This document shows, one piece after another, positions 36,101-47,560 of a DNA stretch of 64,000 nucleotides. The position numbers were made by a program, and so were the translations under genes. Below the pieces are notes generated by a model, which was given only the letters and a program-made list of their open reading frames with translations, was not told the origin of the DNA and did not search any database. This stretch comes from Amoebophrya sp. A120 (taxonomy: Eukaryota; Protista; Dinoflagellata), in the NCBI GenBank assembly GCA_905178155.1, contig CAJINV010000002.1, forward strand, positions 696,422 to 760,421, written 5' to 3'. Position 1 is the first letter of the stretch. Each line of letters begins with the position of its first letter.

Positions 36101-39100
36101 AGTCTCCGTCCCGGCTTTGTCCGCAGCGTTAGCATCCTCGTCGTCGTGCTCAGCCTCCCGTTCTTCGTCTGCCCCTGTCTCGCCAGCTTCCGCTGCCTCG
36201 TCCTGCGTTGCCTCTCCGCCCCTGTGTTCAGCTTCAGCCTCTGCATCTGCATCTGCTGCTTCCGTAGGCGGATGGAGGTGTTCCGGGTTGCTCTCGTGTT
36301 CGTATCCGTGGGCCTCCGCCCACTCGTGCTGGTCCATGTGCTTATCCTCGCCGAGATGCTGATTAAAATCGGCCTCTGAGAGCTCGTGTTCCTTCTCCCA
36401 GTCGCCGAGGTCACCGCTCTGTGCGTGGTCGTGGTACTCCTCATAATTCCACCCGTCTTCGCCCCAGTCTGCGTCCGCCGCCTCGTCCGGGTAGTGATTA
36501 TAGGCTTCCGTGTACGATATTAAAGTGAGAAATGCCCCCACCCCAGAACTTGGCAGCATTTGCATTGCAAATCTTTCCAATGGTGGAAACATTCCCCTTC
36601 TTGCATGTACCAGCATCACAAATTTATTCCCATGCTGAATAGCTCAAATTTGGGTTAGTACAAAGGAGCCCGACAGCAGGCGCATCTGTTATGCAAAAGA
36701 TACATTGCGCACCCAGATTCCGCATCAAAAAGCAGGCTCGCAGTCCTATCATGCAAAACAAAAAACTCTCCTTTGAAAACCTTATGTATGAGAAACTTCT
36801 GCCAATTCCGGGGTGGGGGCATTTTTCATGGTAATATACGACAGATGACCATCATCGCCGGCGGCTTCGTTCCACTCCTCGTGCGTCATTTCGCCACCCG
36901 CGTCGTGGTAGCCGTCCCAGGTGTATCAACTGCAAATATGTCTACTGGGTCTGGAAGGTTGCAACTTGTCATGCGAAGTCGCGACCACAAAAATATCTGT
37001 GTTGCGTGAACCCCCAAATTTGCCAACTTCTTGGTAGGCAAAAGCCCGACTTCTCATGCGGAACAGGCATGAGGAACGTTGCGCAAAATCTGTGATGCTT
37101 CTGTGTGCATTCCAGACCATGTGGGGTCTCCGCGAGATGCGTGACAAATCTTGCCCTCTTCCAGACCCAGACATATTTGCAATGCATAAGGTGCCTCCTT
37201 CGTAATCTGGATCCGTGCTTACGTGTTCCCACTCGTCCGCGCTGATTGTGTTGTCATGACTCTTATCACCTGCAAAAGCTGTGTCATTGTTCTCGTAGTA
37301 ATTGCAACCATGCATAGGCATGACAAGGGTATTTTCTAGAGGTTCTTTTTCAGCATGGCCAAACTCAGTCCGACTTTTCACATGTTGATCATTCTTGGCA
37401 AAATTTATTGTGATGCAATTTCTACTAGGAGTACGCAACTTTTGCGATGCATAATCCGCATCCCAATAATCCATCTCGCTCGGATCCACCGTGTATGCAG
37501 TGCAAAAGTATCGCACTCGTATAAATGCATATAATCCTCAGCGCGAGAAATAAAATTTGTAATGCTGATCTACCTCAAGAAAAAGATTTGTAATGCATGA
37601 TTGCAATACGAGTACGGTACTTTTGCTCAGGATACCGTGCCATCGTTGTCGATGTCGAAATGATCAAAGGCGCCATCTTATCCACTGCAGATATCGTGAT
37701 CTGGGTCCGGAAACTTGTGATGCTGACATTGGGCATTGCACAGTGGGTGCCGGTACGGCATGATAGCATCAGAAGGTCTTGATTTCCACGCTTCCTTGTT
37801 TGTAGCATATTTATGCGCAGAACGCATGACAAACTCGCTTCCAGCATGACAAAACAAAATAAGCAGTCGTGTTCATGCACTGCAGATCTTTTACTTTTTG
37901 TCCTTTAAATCATCTCGCATCACAGATCCAGACCCAGATCGATATTTGCAAAGCATACGTCTGGAAGGTCTGCATCGCCGAAATGTTGGTCGAACTGTGC
38001 GGAGTCCAAGTGGTCGCCGATTTCGCCGAAGTTAAAGTCCACAAAAGCCATGGCCGTGCGGATCAAGTAGAAGTGCGGTAAAACGAGGAAATAAAGGAGC
38101 AACAGGACCATGATGTTTACCAAGACGGCAAGATGAATTACGGCAATACTTTTAAAAACCGGTAGATATTGAACCGTCCTTGTACAACTCGTCGTACTGT
38201 GGAGGGTAAGATGTGGCGGGAGATGAGAGCGTTGTAGCCGGTCTTCACTGCGACGTCGCCGGTTTAATATCTTTGATGATGACGTCGTGCTGCTTTTATC
38301 ACCTCCGGCTCCGCGTGTAGTCTTCTTTGTTCGACTACCCCGTCCAGGCAGCACCACACCGTATGTTCTTGGTTCGTCCGCTGCTCTATCAAATGTAAAA
38401 GTGTCTGGGTCTGGAAGAATGCAACTTGTCATGCGAAATCTGAAACAAGCAAGCATCTGCGTTGCATGATTACCAAAAGTCGTCCAGTTTTCTTGACCAA
38501 GTCGGGAGGGGGTTTCTCGTGCAGGATAGGCATGAGAGAGGTCGCGCAGAATCTGTCATGCTAGGTCCTGCATTCCAGACCTCCTGGGTCATGGAAAAGC
38601 TGCATGCCAAGTCGCTCACTCTTCCAGATCCAGACATTTTTACATTTGATATGCTCGTCCGTCGGTCCTGAAGGGGGCTCCAGTCAAAGCCCGCAGAGGT
38701 CGTGGAGAGGAACTAGGTCGTGAGAACAAGGATCGCCTTTCGCTTTGTTCTTGCCCCCGACTTCTATCCGTATCCCAGGTTGATGTACAAGAACAATTTG
38801 CTGTCGTCGTGGAGGTTGGAACCGGTTTTTTGTGACGCCGTCGTGCTGTTCCGCGCGTCGAGCACGTACTACTGCAAACCCCGGTACTAGAAGTGGAACA
38901 GGCAGTAGTTAGTGGTCGTGGTCCTCTCGCCCCACCACCGCCAAGTGGAACATCATGCGAGACGAGATGACCTCCGCGGGAAGAAGCTGAAGATTTTCCG
39001 CAGGCACATGAAAAAAACTATCACTATCACAAAAACCCATTTTTTGGCAAAAATTGATTTTTTCTTGATTTTTTTTGCGGCGCATTGGGGCTCGATCCTT

Positions 39101-41023
39101 GTACCTGGTATATTGTTGTTGCGATTAATGAATGATATATTTAGCTAGCTAGTGGTCGCTTGTGATGATTGTCATAGCTAACAGGAGAGCCGAAGGGAAG
39201 GCCGGGCCGGGCCCTCGCTCCGCAGGCGAGCTCCCGAGCCCTTGGTGGTGCCCCGGCCTTCGCGGGTCGGCCCCTTCCGGCCCGGGGCTGAAGGCGGGGG
39301 GGCGGCCAAAAGGTGCGCGGCCATCGCCACTCTCCCACCGTGTTTGAAAAACGCTATCACACCCCTTTTTGGACCTGATTCCCAGCTTTCAGACCTGGGC
39401 TGATTTGATGCTCCGGCGGTGGCGGGTGAGCTGCCTTCCGTTGCGAGGCTGGAGGCGGCCAAAAAGTGGGGCTCGATCGCCCGTCTCAGGTCGTGTTTGA
39501 AAAAAAGCATCACACCATTTTTTGGACCTGGCCGCCGACAGCCAGTCCTCCCCGGGTTTTTTTGGTTTTCAACACTGCGCGCGCAAATTTTTTCAAGAAT
39601 TTTAAAAACCCGGAAAGTCGACCATTTTGGCTGTGATAGTTTTTTTTCTGACGGTGGTCCTATGTGGGCCGTGCCGTCGTGTTTGAAAAAAACTATCACA
39701 CTCACTTCCGGCACTCAAAAAATACCAACTTCGCACCTTTTTGCACTTTTTCTATAACAAATCGGCCAAAAGTGTGGTGTGATAGTTTTTTTCAGCGCGA
39801 GCTAATGCTGCGAAAACAATGAAAAACAGCTTTTTTTAAAAATGCTAATCACGATGCTATGGCCCAGGTCAAAAAGGAACCCAAAATCGCCACAGCGTCG
39901 TGGCTAAAAAAAACTATCACACACAAAAAAGCGCAATTTTTGACCTCCCCGGAGAAGAGAAATCAAGGAAGTTTCAAAATGTGAGCACTAAAAAAATTAG
40001 TGCTTGCGCCATCACCCATTTCTGCCAAAGGTTGTGGCCTTTGGCCTAGCCCCTGGAGGCTCCGGATGTCAGGCCTGGCCTTCGAGCCCCCAGATCCATC
40101 TGGGAGCAGGTCTGAGAGACGAGCCCTAGAAAAGTCGCTCGCTACCCACCAAATCCACCAACTCCAGACTCGTCGTGAACGAGCATGGTGGAGACACGCT
40201 TCCACGCCCTCATGGCGCTGGCTGACTGGGCCGCAACGAATGGGGCGGGAGCTCTCGCCGTCCTCAAAAATGACCGGGATTGTGATGGTGGTATTCGGTT
40301 GTCGGTGCTCACAGCCTGCAAGTGTCTCAACCTGCAAGCGAAAGCGTCTTGCCAGATCTCTCCTGTTAGCTGGGTAAATCATCACAAGCGGCCACCAGCT
40401 ACCTTCTGACATTCATCATTCCAAATCAATCAAAACACTACTCAGGTCTTACCTCGCCGGCGAGAAAAAAAATGAAAAAATAATGATGCTTTTTTGTAAA
40501 AAAAGTGGCATTTTTGGGTCGAAAAACGGCGCTTTTGTGATAGTGATAGTTTTTTTCAGCGCGATAGATGACCTCCGCGGGAAGAAGCTGAAGATTTTCC
40601 GCAGGCACATGGACTCTGTGACTGTGACTGTGACCACCACCTCCAACCCCACCCGCCCGACGGCATTTTTACATGGCTGCGCAGAGCAGGAGGAGGTGCT
40701 TGAGCGGCGGAACTGCTGTTTTTGCAGCTGCTCTGCGGGGTGAACAAGGTAGAAGAAGTGCAGTTCCTCGTGGAGGTCCTTCTGCTGGTCATCTCGGAAG
40801 TAGTCGCTTCGAAATTTTTTACGGTTTCATTTTCCACATCCTCGCGGCCCCGATAAATTGTTCTTGATGTTGTTGAGACCTTTTCATCATCATCTACCGC
40901 AGTGCTGCTGCTCGGGCTGCTGGTGGGAGAAGTTCTGGAACTGTAAGAACTGTGCCCTCCTCCAGGAGCTGCAGAAGATGAACGCGGAGGAATGATCGAG
41001 AGGTCGAAGATGTCGCCGCTCAT
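27124..41023 (-). CDS. Large EF-hand Ca2+-binding membrane protein (paralogue 2), about 27 introner introns plus canonical introns and a 1.6-kb insert
   Basis: Spliced ORF has an N-terminal TM (IAVIHLAVLVNIMVLLLLYFLVL), EF-hands (DIDNDGTVDPSE, DADHDNTISADE, DADGDGSISEAE, DTDHDGKISQAD), acidic E/A-rich linkers, a K/E coiled coil and a C-terminal TM (FVTMICLLTTVLVLGFIYF). Exon structure at 35414-35860 unresolved. Confidence 0.72.
28362..28557. mobile_element. Introner family G
   Basis: TIRs; DR ctcga. Confidence 0.88.
28625..28842. mobile_element. Introner, E-like
   Basis: TIRs; DR tgtag. Confidence 0.85.
28893..29148. mobile_element. Introner family A
   Basis: TIRs; DR cagac. Confidence 0.92.
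29248..29523. mobile_element. Introner family A
   Basis: TIRs; DR cattt. Confidence 0.9.
29891..30060. mobile_element. Introner family B
   Basis: TIRs; DR ccttg/cctcc. Confidence 0.82.
30119..30385. mobile_element. Introner family A
   Basis: TIRs; DR acttc. Confidence 0.88.
30427..30707. mobile_element. Introner family D
   Basis: TIRs; DR tcgtc. Confidence 0.9.
31001..31240. mobile_element. Degenerate introner
   Basis: TAT..ATA; DR tcctg/tcttc; restores frame. Confidence 0.7.
31444..31653. mobile_element. Introner family G
   Basis: TIRs; DR tcctc. Confidence 0.9.
31725..31990. mobile_element. Introner family A
   Basis: TIRs; DR ccctt/tcctt. Confidence 0.9.
32088..32345. mobile_element. 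Introner family A
   Basis: TIRs; DR tgctt. Confidence 0.9.
32422..32662. mobile_element. Degenerate introner (E-like)
   Basis: TATGGG..CCCATA; DR diverged; element+5 nt restores frame. Confidence 0.72.
32834..33034. mobile_element. Degenerate introner
   Basis: TATCAGAAGG..CCTTTTGATA; DR cacga/tgcga. Confidence 0.75.
33051..33372. mobile_element. Introner family E
   Basis: TIRs; DR cttgc. Confidence 0.9.
33603..33757. mobile_element. Introner family B
   Basis: TIRs; DR gtgcg/ctgcg. Confidence 0.88.
33810..34119. mobile_element. Introner family A (degenerate)
   Basis: DR ccccg. Confidence 0.82.
34174..34332. mobile_element. Introner family B
   Basis: TIRs; DR ttcta/ttctg. Confidence 0.88.
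34441..34675. mobile_element. Introner family F
   Basis: TIRs; DR acttc. Confidence 0.92.
34744..34879. mobile_element. Introner family B
   Basis: TIRs; DR agttt/agttc. Confidence 0.86.
34979..35153. mobile_element. Introner family B
   Basis: DR ctggg/ctagg. Confidence 0.82.
35205..35413. mobile_element. Introner family G
   Basis: TIRs; DR gtgcc/atgcc. Confidence 0.88.
36518..36836. mobile_element. Introner family C
   Basis: TIRs; DR tacga. Confidence 0.9.
36924..37188. mobile_element. Introner family A
   Basis: TIRs; DR aggtg. Confidence 0.9.
37264..37453. mobile_element. Introner family B, DR diverged
   Basis: Removing element+5 nt gives EF-hand DADHDNTISADE. Confidence 0.8.
37494..37634. 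mobile_element. Introner family B
   Basis: TIRs; DR ccgtg. Confidence 0.9.
37679..37957. mobile_element. Introner family A
   Basis: TIRs; DR catct/cgtct. Confidence 0.86.
38387..38651. mobile_element. Introner family A
   Basis: TIRs; DR tgctc. Confidence 0.92.
39011..40565. mobile_element. 1.55-kb non-autonomous long-TIR DNA element flanked by a 46-bp direct repeat
   Basis: TIR AAAAAAACTATCACTATCACAAAA / TTTTGTGATAGTGATAGTTTTTTT; second inverted block at about 39147-39189 vs 40357-40400; DR 38965-39010 = 40566-40611; internal repeats of GAAAAAAACTATCACAC. Confidence 0.85.
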
Positions 41024-42480
41024 GTTTATTTTCGGTCGTGTGCGGGAGTTCTAGAAATATAATATCACATCAGGTGGCGTCCTCTCAAATTTGTCAAATT
41101 TGTTTCATCCTCGTTGGGCACCACAGCACAAGGTGGAGGTCCAGGCCGAGTTTACTATATTATGTGTTGTTGATCACGTCGTCGTTCTGGTAATCATACG
41201 CCTTCTACTCGCGGTTTTCAAAATTCTTGTGTCAGGCGGTGGTCTATATCGCTCGCCAAGTTGTACAACCAATAACGGGGAGCATGATAGCTTGAGTAGT
41301 ACCGAAGGGATTTTTCTTTTCAACACGCGACCGCCCATCTAACTAAGATAGAAGCAACAGCGAGGCAAAATCTCGATTAGCATAACGAATCTACGACCAC
41401 GACATGAAACGAGCGGACCATGTTGATGCAGCTTTCTAAACAAGTATACAACGAATAACGCTAGAATATTAAACAGCGCTCCTGTACTAGTAGTTCTTGC
41501 ATGTTGCAGCTCTCACGGCTCAAATGACATGTTCAAGGTGCTCCTTCGCTCTCAACTTTGCGTAAGCGTACCCGTGCTCGCATCGCCAAAACGAGTTCCA
41601 AAGGTCATGCTCGTTGCTCTCCCGGATATCACGTTGCTGTTGCAGCTATAGGAAGCAAAAGCGAAGGAAAGCAGCTCCATTTATTCAGCAGGAGCCGCAT
41701 CGAAATTACAATTGCCACAGCTGTGTCCTCTGCAGACCGGCTCTGCTGGTCCTCCTGCTCTATAATCTCCTGCTCTACTTCTGGTACAAATCGAGGCAAA
41801 ATCTTGAATACAGTTGAGAGTTGTGGTTGCGCGATTGTGTCGAATACAGAATAAAACTGGTGCTAGCGCCTTGTGTTCCTTGCAGTATTTCTTTCCTACT
41901 TTTTGTTTTTCAAATTGTTTCCTCCCATCATCTCTAGCGCCCATGAGGCAGTGAGACAGGCGCTGGCCATTCTCACATCCTCTTTTTTCGAAGATTAACG
42001 TCGCGTGCATTCGCGCTGTGTTTTCTCGTAGAATTAACTGAAAATCCTATGTAACGCTAACGCAATAAGGAGCTACTCTAGTAGTGTACTGCGCGTTCCC
42101 CCGCCGGCGCAGAGCAGATCATTTACATTTTTCAGGAGCCGAAGCAGGTCATGTACAATCATACATCTGAAGGCGAAGTCTGTGCATTTGCTTGGTTTCT
42201 TGAAACGGTAAACTTTGCTAAATTTTAAACTCTTGGTGTAAAAAAGTGAAGCTGAACATAAGTAGATGTGAACTCAGTAAGATTGTGGAACTTGTTGATA
42301 CGGTTCTTGATCTTGATGCGCTTTTTTGTCGATAAAACGAAAGGTGAAGGTACTAAAATCATTTTTATTTCCAATTTACTGCTGCCTGTGCCTCCTCATC
42401 TTCATCATCCTCAAATTATTCGTTGCGATGGTTTTCTTTCCTGTGGTTCTTCTCCCGCATTGATGATTCCAGAACGGTCT

Positions 42481-45400
42481 TTACTTACACGTTCCACCAC
42501 CGGCTCTCCCTTCCTCCAGAAACCTCCCGCTCTTCCGGTGGTTTCCCTGCTCCACTGGCTCTTGCATCGCGATGCTGTTTTTGCGCGCGGCCTGCGTCTA
42601 TCAAATGCAAAAGTGTCTGGGTCTGGAAACTTGTGATGCTAAAATCTGGATGGCTGAAACGCTTTCGAATGCAGCAAAGCATGACAAGTTCTCGCAAAGC
42701 TGTCTCATACGTAGTGCGCATGACAAACTGCGTTTTTGCATCACAAAGAACGCTGTGCGTTTGTTAGTCATGCAAGACAGATTTTCTTGCAATGTAAGGC
42801 CAACATCACAAGTTCACTTTTTCCAGACCCAGACATATTTGCAATCCATAGCGTCGTGTTCTTCGTCGTGGAGAAATTGAAATGGGTGCGGCTGGCCATC
42901 GTTGTACGCTGTTCCGACGCCCTGTGGCCGCGATTATTGCTGCTTCCACGGTCCTGGTACTGGTCCCTTCGCTGCCCCGGGTCGAGGTGTAGGTCCTGTT
43001 GTTGTTCACTGCTGATACTACTGAAACTGATCTTCGCAGGACCCGACTTGTTCTTGAATCCCGGGGGCTCACCGCTGCGCGACGCCGTCACGGGTTTCGT
43101 ATTGTTTGCGGTTTTGTTCCGGAAAAAGAGAAACAGTAGCACGAGGACGGTTGCGAGGAAGATAAAACCCTGCGTCGTCCACAGGGTTGTGCTCCAGACA
43201 GTGGAAAAGTCCGCGTTCTTGTTCCCCAGTTTGCTGCGTAAAAACGTACCCAACCCGAACAACTCAAGAGAGTGATAGTTCTATATACACAGATCGATGC
43301 ACACGGTTCGGCTGTCGCGCATATCAAGTTTGAGTCTGTTGTAGTGCAATCGAGGTCGGCTTGTGAAGTCACATGATCTTGTTCACACATCTTCTAAAGG
43401 AGCCCTATCCTAATTAGACCAGCATGACGAAGTCACAGTCACCATTGGGCTGCTCCTTCGCATGAGACCACATCACAGTCTGAGTATGCAAATACGCACG
43501 CCATGTATAATCGAGAGGTGGGGACGCTTTCACGCAGGATACCCAACTTGCCTCCACGACCAGCAGAAGGTCCGGCAAACCAGTTTCGCAGATCCTCGGT
43601 GGAAATTTTGAAATGGGAACAGGAATCCACTGCAAAAAATATCGCACTCGAACTCATCGCAGTCACGCATGACAGACTTTTCTTTACCACCTGAATCTGC
43701 ATGACAAATTCCATTTTTCCTCGTGAGATGAAAATTTGTGATGCAATCTGCAGTCCTAGACCTAGTGCGATATTACTTTTGCAACGCCTAGAAAGCCCGC
43801 TTTCGGGTGTTCGTTCTTCTGCTGTAGCTGCGGCCCGTGTAATCCCCATCTTCCCCATCGTCTGCCGCCAGATACTGCGCTCGCATCTTGTGGTAAAGCT
43901 CGTACTTGTCGACGGTGGTTGTATGTGAGGAAGGAGAAGTACTAGACGGGCTGCGTGTGGGTTTGTCTTTATCTTTTCCGCCGCGATTGTTTTTTTTGCT
44001 CCGGCTTTTGCTTTTCTTCTTGCGCTGCGACGCCAGGCTCCGAGACGTCGGGGCTTTTGGTTTTTTCCTTCCGTATGGAGTGTTCATCAGAGAGTTCTGG
44101 TTGTTTTCGTAGTTTCCACCTTTGCTATGCGTTGAAAATGTGTCTGGCCGCTCTGGGAAAGGATGGTGCAAGCTTGTCATGGTAGTCAAGGTGAACAGAA
44201 AAATCTCTCTTGCATGATCAGCAAAATAAGGAGTCTTTCCACTAGATTGTCACTTCCCATGCAGAGGATTTATTGTCATGCGGAGTTGATAAGCTAGCAT
44301 AAGCATCGGAAAGCATGTGAAATAAAACCTGTGATGTTTTGGCTTGCCTTCCAGAGCAGGAGAAACTCTGATGCATTGAAGCATGATCTATCATGAAAAA
44401 ACTGCATGACGAAGTGTTGCACTATTCCTTCGGATCCAGACATCTATCTTTCAATGCGTACTCTCCTTGTCCTTCGAAGGGCATCAACTCTTGACTGCTT
44501 GCCGCGTTGTCCAGCACACCACCCTCCAGCATAGCTGCGGACGACGCCACCTCACGAGCCGCACGGGCCGCGCCGCGCAGAGAGAAACCCCCACCGCCGG
44601 CCGACTTCTGCTTCGTCTCTCGTTTCGAGTCCGGAACCGCGTCCAGGAGGCCGTGATCTTGGGGCGAGGAGGTCTGCTCGTCCTCTCCGACCGGAACAGC
44701 ATATGGCAGTGCACAACTCCTGCTCTAGTCCTCTCATTTCTATTTTTCGTGCAAAATAATAATGATGACCAGTGCAGCACCCTTCGGTTCGCAAAGTGGC
44801 TCTCTTTGCATGATAGGTTTGGTGGAGAGTAGCCTAATCAGGTATGCAGTAAAGCCTGCATCTTTGGTGCTAACGTTCCTGTTACTGCAAAAGCCCTTCA
44901 TCAGGTCCTGGGGAGCCGTCGAGAGGGACGAGTTGTGCATTCTCATAGAGATTGCTTCGTGTGGAGAAAGAGCTCGTTGGTAATTGGCGTTGCGTCTTGA
45001 TCTTCTGAGGAAGCAGCAGGGAGAAGCTGCTTGGAGTTCAGCTGCACCGCACTTGTCACTTTTTTTCCTGCGCCCTTTTTAGATTCTTTTTTCCCGTCAC
45101 CCAACAGGGGTTCCTTTTCTTCACGTGAGCCCTTCGCTTTCGCTTTCTCCTTGCTCTTGTTGGACAACAGCTTGATAGCTGTGAGGCCAAGGGCTCCTGC
45201 GGCAGCAGTACGTCCAAGAAGCTGTAAGTCCCCACCCACGTTCGTATCACGCCGAACAAAGTTGCCATCATATTTTCATCTTTTCCATTTTTAAACACAG
45301 CTGGTGCCTTGCTAGCTTGCACCACACTACAAACATGTAATTGTGAGACACTGTGTGTAAAAATATCTATACTTAGTCGAGGACTTCTTTTTATTGTTTC

Positions 45401-47560
45401 AGACCTGCAGAAACGGATCAGAAACTCACGTGTTCGCGAAGATGCAAAAGCAGAGCGCGTCAACCTCACAGATCCGATCGTCCATGCAAAACATGACAGT
45501 ATGGATATCGAAGGAAAAAAGATGAAAGTAGGGCGCTGCTTCACTGCGATAACCCTGAAACAAGTGATTTTGTTCTTGATGGGGAACGAAATAAGGTTAT
45601 CAAACAAACTCGGATAACTAGTGTCACGACCAGTTCCGAAAAATAAATGCAAGGAGCTATAGTGGAAAACACCTACTGAATCCAACCAATGCAAGGAGCT
45701 ATAGTGGAAGATTCCAACCTGTCCGCCCTCCGGCGCACGCAGGGCGAGATATTCCTCCTTGGTCATGTGTTCCCCGACTGCCTGGTGGAAGTCGTCGTCC
45801 TATGGATTGCAAATATGTCTGGGTCTGAAAAATTGTGCTGCTAAAATGCGCATGACGCAAACGCTCCCTCATGCAGGAGAGCATGACAAGTTTGCAGAAC
45901 GCTTCCTCATACGCGCTCCGCATGAGAAACTGCGTTTTTGTATGACAAGAGAGGCTGCGACTTTATTTGTGGGTCATGCAATACAGATCCCATTATGCAA
46001 GACCAGCACTCTACAAATTGCAACTTTCCAGACCCAGACATATTTGCATTTGATATCCTCGTCATCGGGTGATCATGCTCCCACTCTCCGAGGTCGTGAG
46101 TTTCCGCTGCTATCTGGTACTCGTCGTACTCCATGCCCCCGTCGCTCGTCCACTGGTTGCTCAGGTTCTCCTTTTCAACGGCCGCGCCACTATCCCAGGA
46201 AAAAAAATTCGTATTACACCATATGTTCACGAATGGTCGAGTACTAACTATGGCAGACCCGATTGACAAATACTACAAGCGTGTTTTTCATCATTTTTGT
46301 GCGATAGAGTGCACAACTAGCATGATGTGGGACCTCCAGGCGTGTTGTGGCCCGACAACTTGCCTGCGCAAGCGCACAGTGTTCGACAGGCGCGAGGTGG
46401 ATGAAAAAGATTCATACTCAACTGATCGCAATAAATCATGGCATAGGCATTACGAATTATAGCATGTAATTCCGTATTGTGCGTCGTGGGAGATTTGGCT
46501 GTGGTCGTACATTTCCTTGTATTTCAGGTGGCCGTCTTCCCCGGCTATTGCGTTGTACTGCTCCTCATTTAGGCCACCCTGTTCATGAGGATGTTCGTCT
46601 CTATAGTCGTCCCAGCTCGTTGCACAAGTCCCGATGGAGGTCGCCCAGGCTCGCTCCCATTCTGTGGTACTCAGATGATGATGCTCGTTGTCTCCTTGGC
46701 CGTTCCAGTTTTCCAGGTCGGTCGACTCGAGATTCCCGCCGTCCTGGTTCAAAACTGGTAATTTTATTTTTTATTTTATTTTGTGACGAAAATATCCACA
46801 ATGTAGAAGGTCCCCGCCACTACAAGTACAGCACAGGAGGTGCAAACATGGATGCCCACGATCTTTCATTTGGTGTTGGCAGACTTTGCTCAAAAGCTAC
46901 ATGAAATGCATGCGATGTGGGCCCATAATAAGAGTGCAACATGATCGCACAAAAACTATATCATGTCATTTATACTGTCGAAAGCATCCCCCGCATTCAT
47001 GCCGGGTGGGAGGTCGTGATGGAGGTTGTTGGTTTCGAGAAGGTTAATAAACTCCGTTTTGGTATATCCGTCGTCGTGCTCCCCCGTGAATATTCCCGAG
47101 AAGTCAATGTCGAACGCGAGGACAGAAGTATCGACCGCAATCTGTCTGGGACTGGAAACTTGTCAACACGAGGACACACCTTGTTGATTAATGTAAAAAC
47201 GAACTTCAGCTTGAGCTGCAGCACAGCACTTACGATCCACGCATGACAAATTTTCGACTTCTGACAAATTTTCGACTTCGACGGGTTCACAAGAATGCGC
47301 ACCTGGAGTGAAGACGAGAAACCAAACCGCACTTTATTATTTGCATGACACGCTACGCAGCGGTGCTCCCCCCGATCCGCTTTAATATGCATCGAAAGTC
47401 TTGGCTGGTGCATTCGAATTGTGCAATACAGATATGCATTTCTTGTTGGTCCGGAGGACCCAGACATATTTGCAATGCGTACTAGAATGGAAACAAGAAC
47501 TCATGCGCCGCGAAGAACAGGAAGAAGGGCTATCACATGAAAAAAATGCAAGAAACACGT
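42481..47560 (-). CDS. EF-hand-like membrane protein (paralogue 3); 5' end unresolved, may extend further upstream
   Basis: Shares blocks with paralogue 2: SWDDYRDE..EEQYNAIAGEDGHLKYKEMYDH vs TWDGYHDA..HEEWNEAAGDDGHLSYTEAYNH; DLGEWEHDH vs DLGDWEKEH; SLRGAAR; FKISTEDLRNWF vs FKISTSDLANWF; C-terminal TM GFIFLATVLVLLFLFF. Confidence 0.65.
42599..42850. mobile_element. Introner family A
   Basis: TIRs; DR gcgtc. Confidence 0.9.
43230..43541. mobile_element. Degenerate introner family D
   Basis: DR cccag/cccaa; restores frame. Confidence 0.78.
43624..43790. mobile_element. Degenerate introner family B
   Basis: DR lost; element+5 nt restores AFSHFKIST. Confidence 0.75.
44126..44460. mobile_element. 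Degenerate introner family A
   Basis: TATGCGTTGAAA..TTTCAATGCGTA; restores frame. Confidence 0.78.
44702..44947. mobile_element. Degenerate introner
   Basis: TATGGCAGTGCACAACTC..GAGTTGTGCATTCTCATA; restores frame. Confidence 0.75.
45801..46055. mobile_element. Introner family A
   Basis: TIRs; DR diverged; restores frame. Confidence 0.85.
47129..47481. mobile_element. Degenerate introner family A
   Basis: TGTCTGGG..CCCAGACA TIR core. Confidence 0.7.

Noticed and set aside
39178-40412. Transposase within the 1.55-kb TIR element
   Set aside because: ORFs are short and repeat-derived, with no DDE or other catalytic motif recognisable
45646-45712. 22-bp direct repeat AATGCAAGGAGCTATAGTGGAA as a functional element
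   Set aside because: Two copies only, apparently intronic; most likely a local duplication
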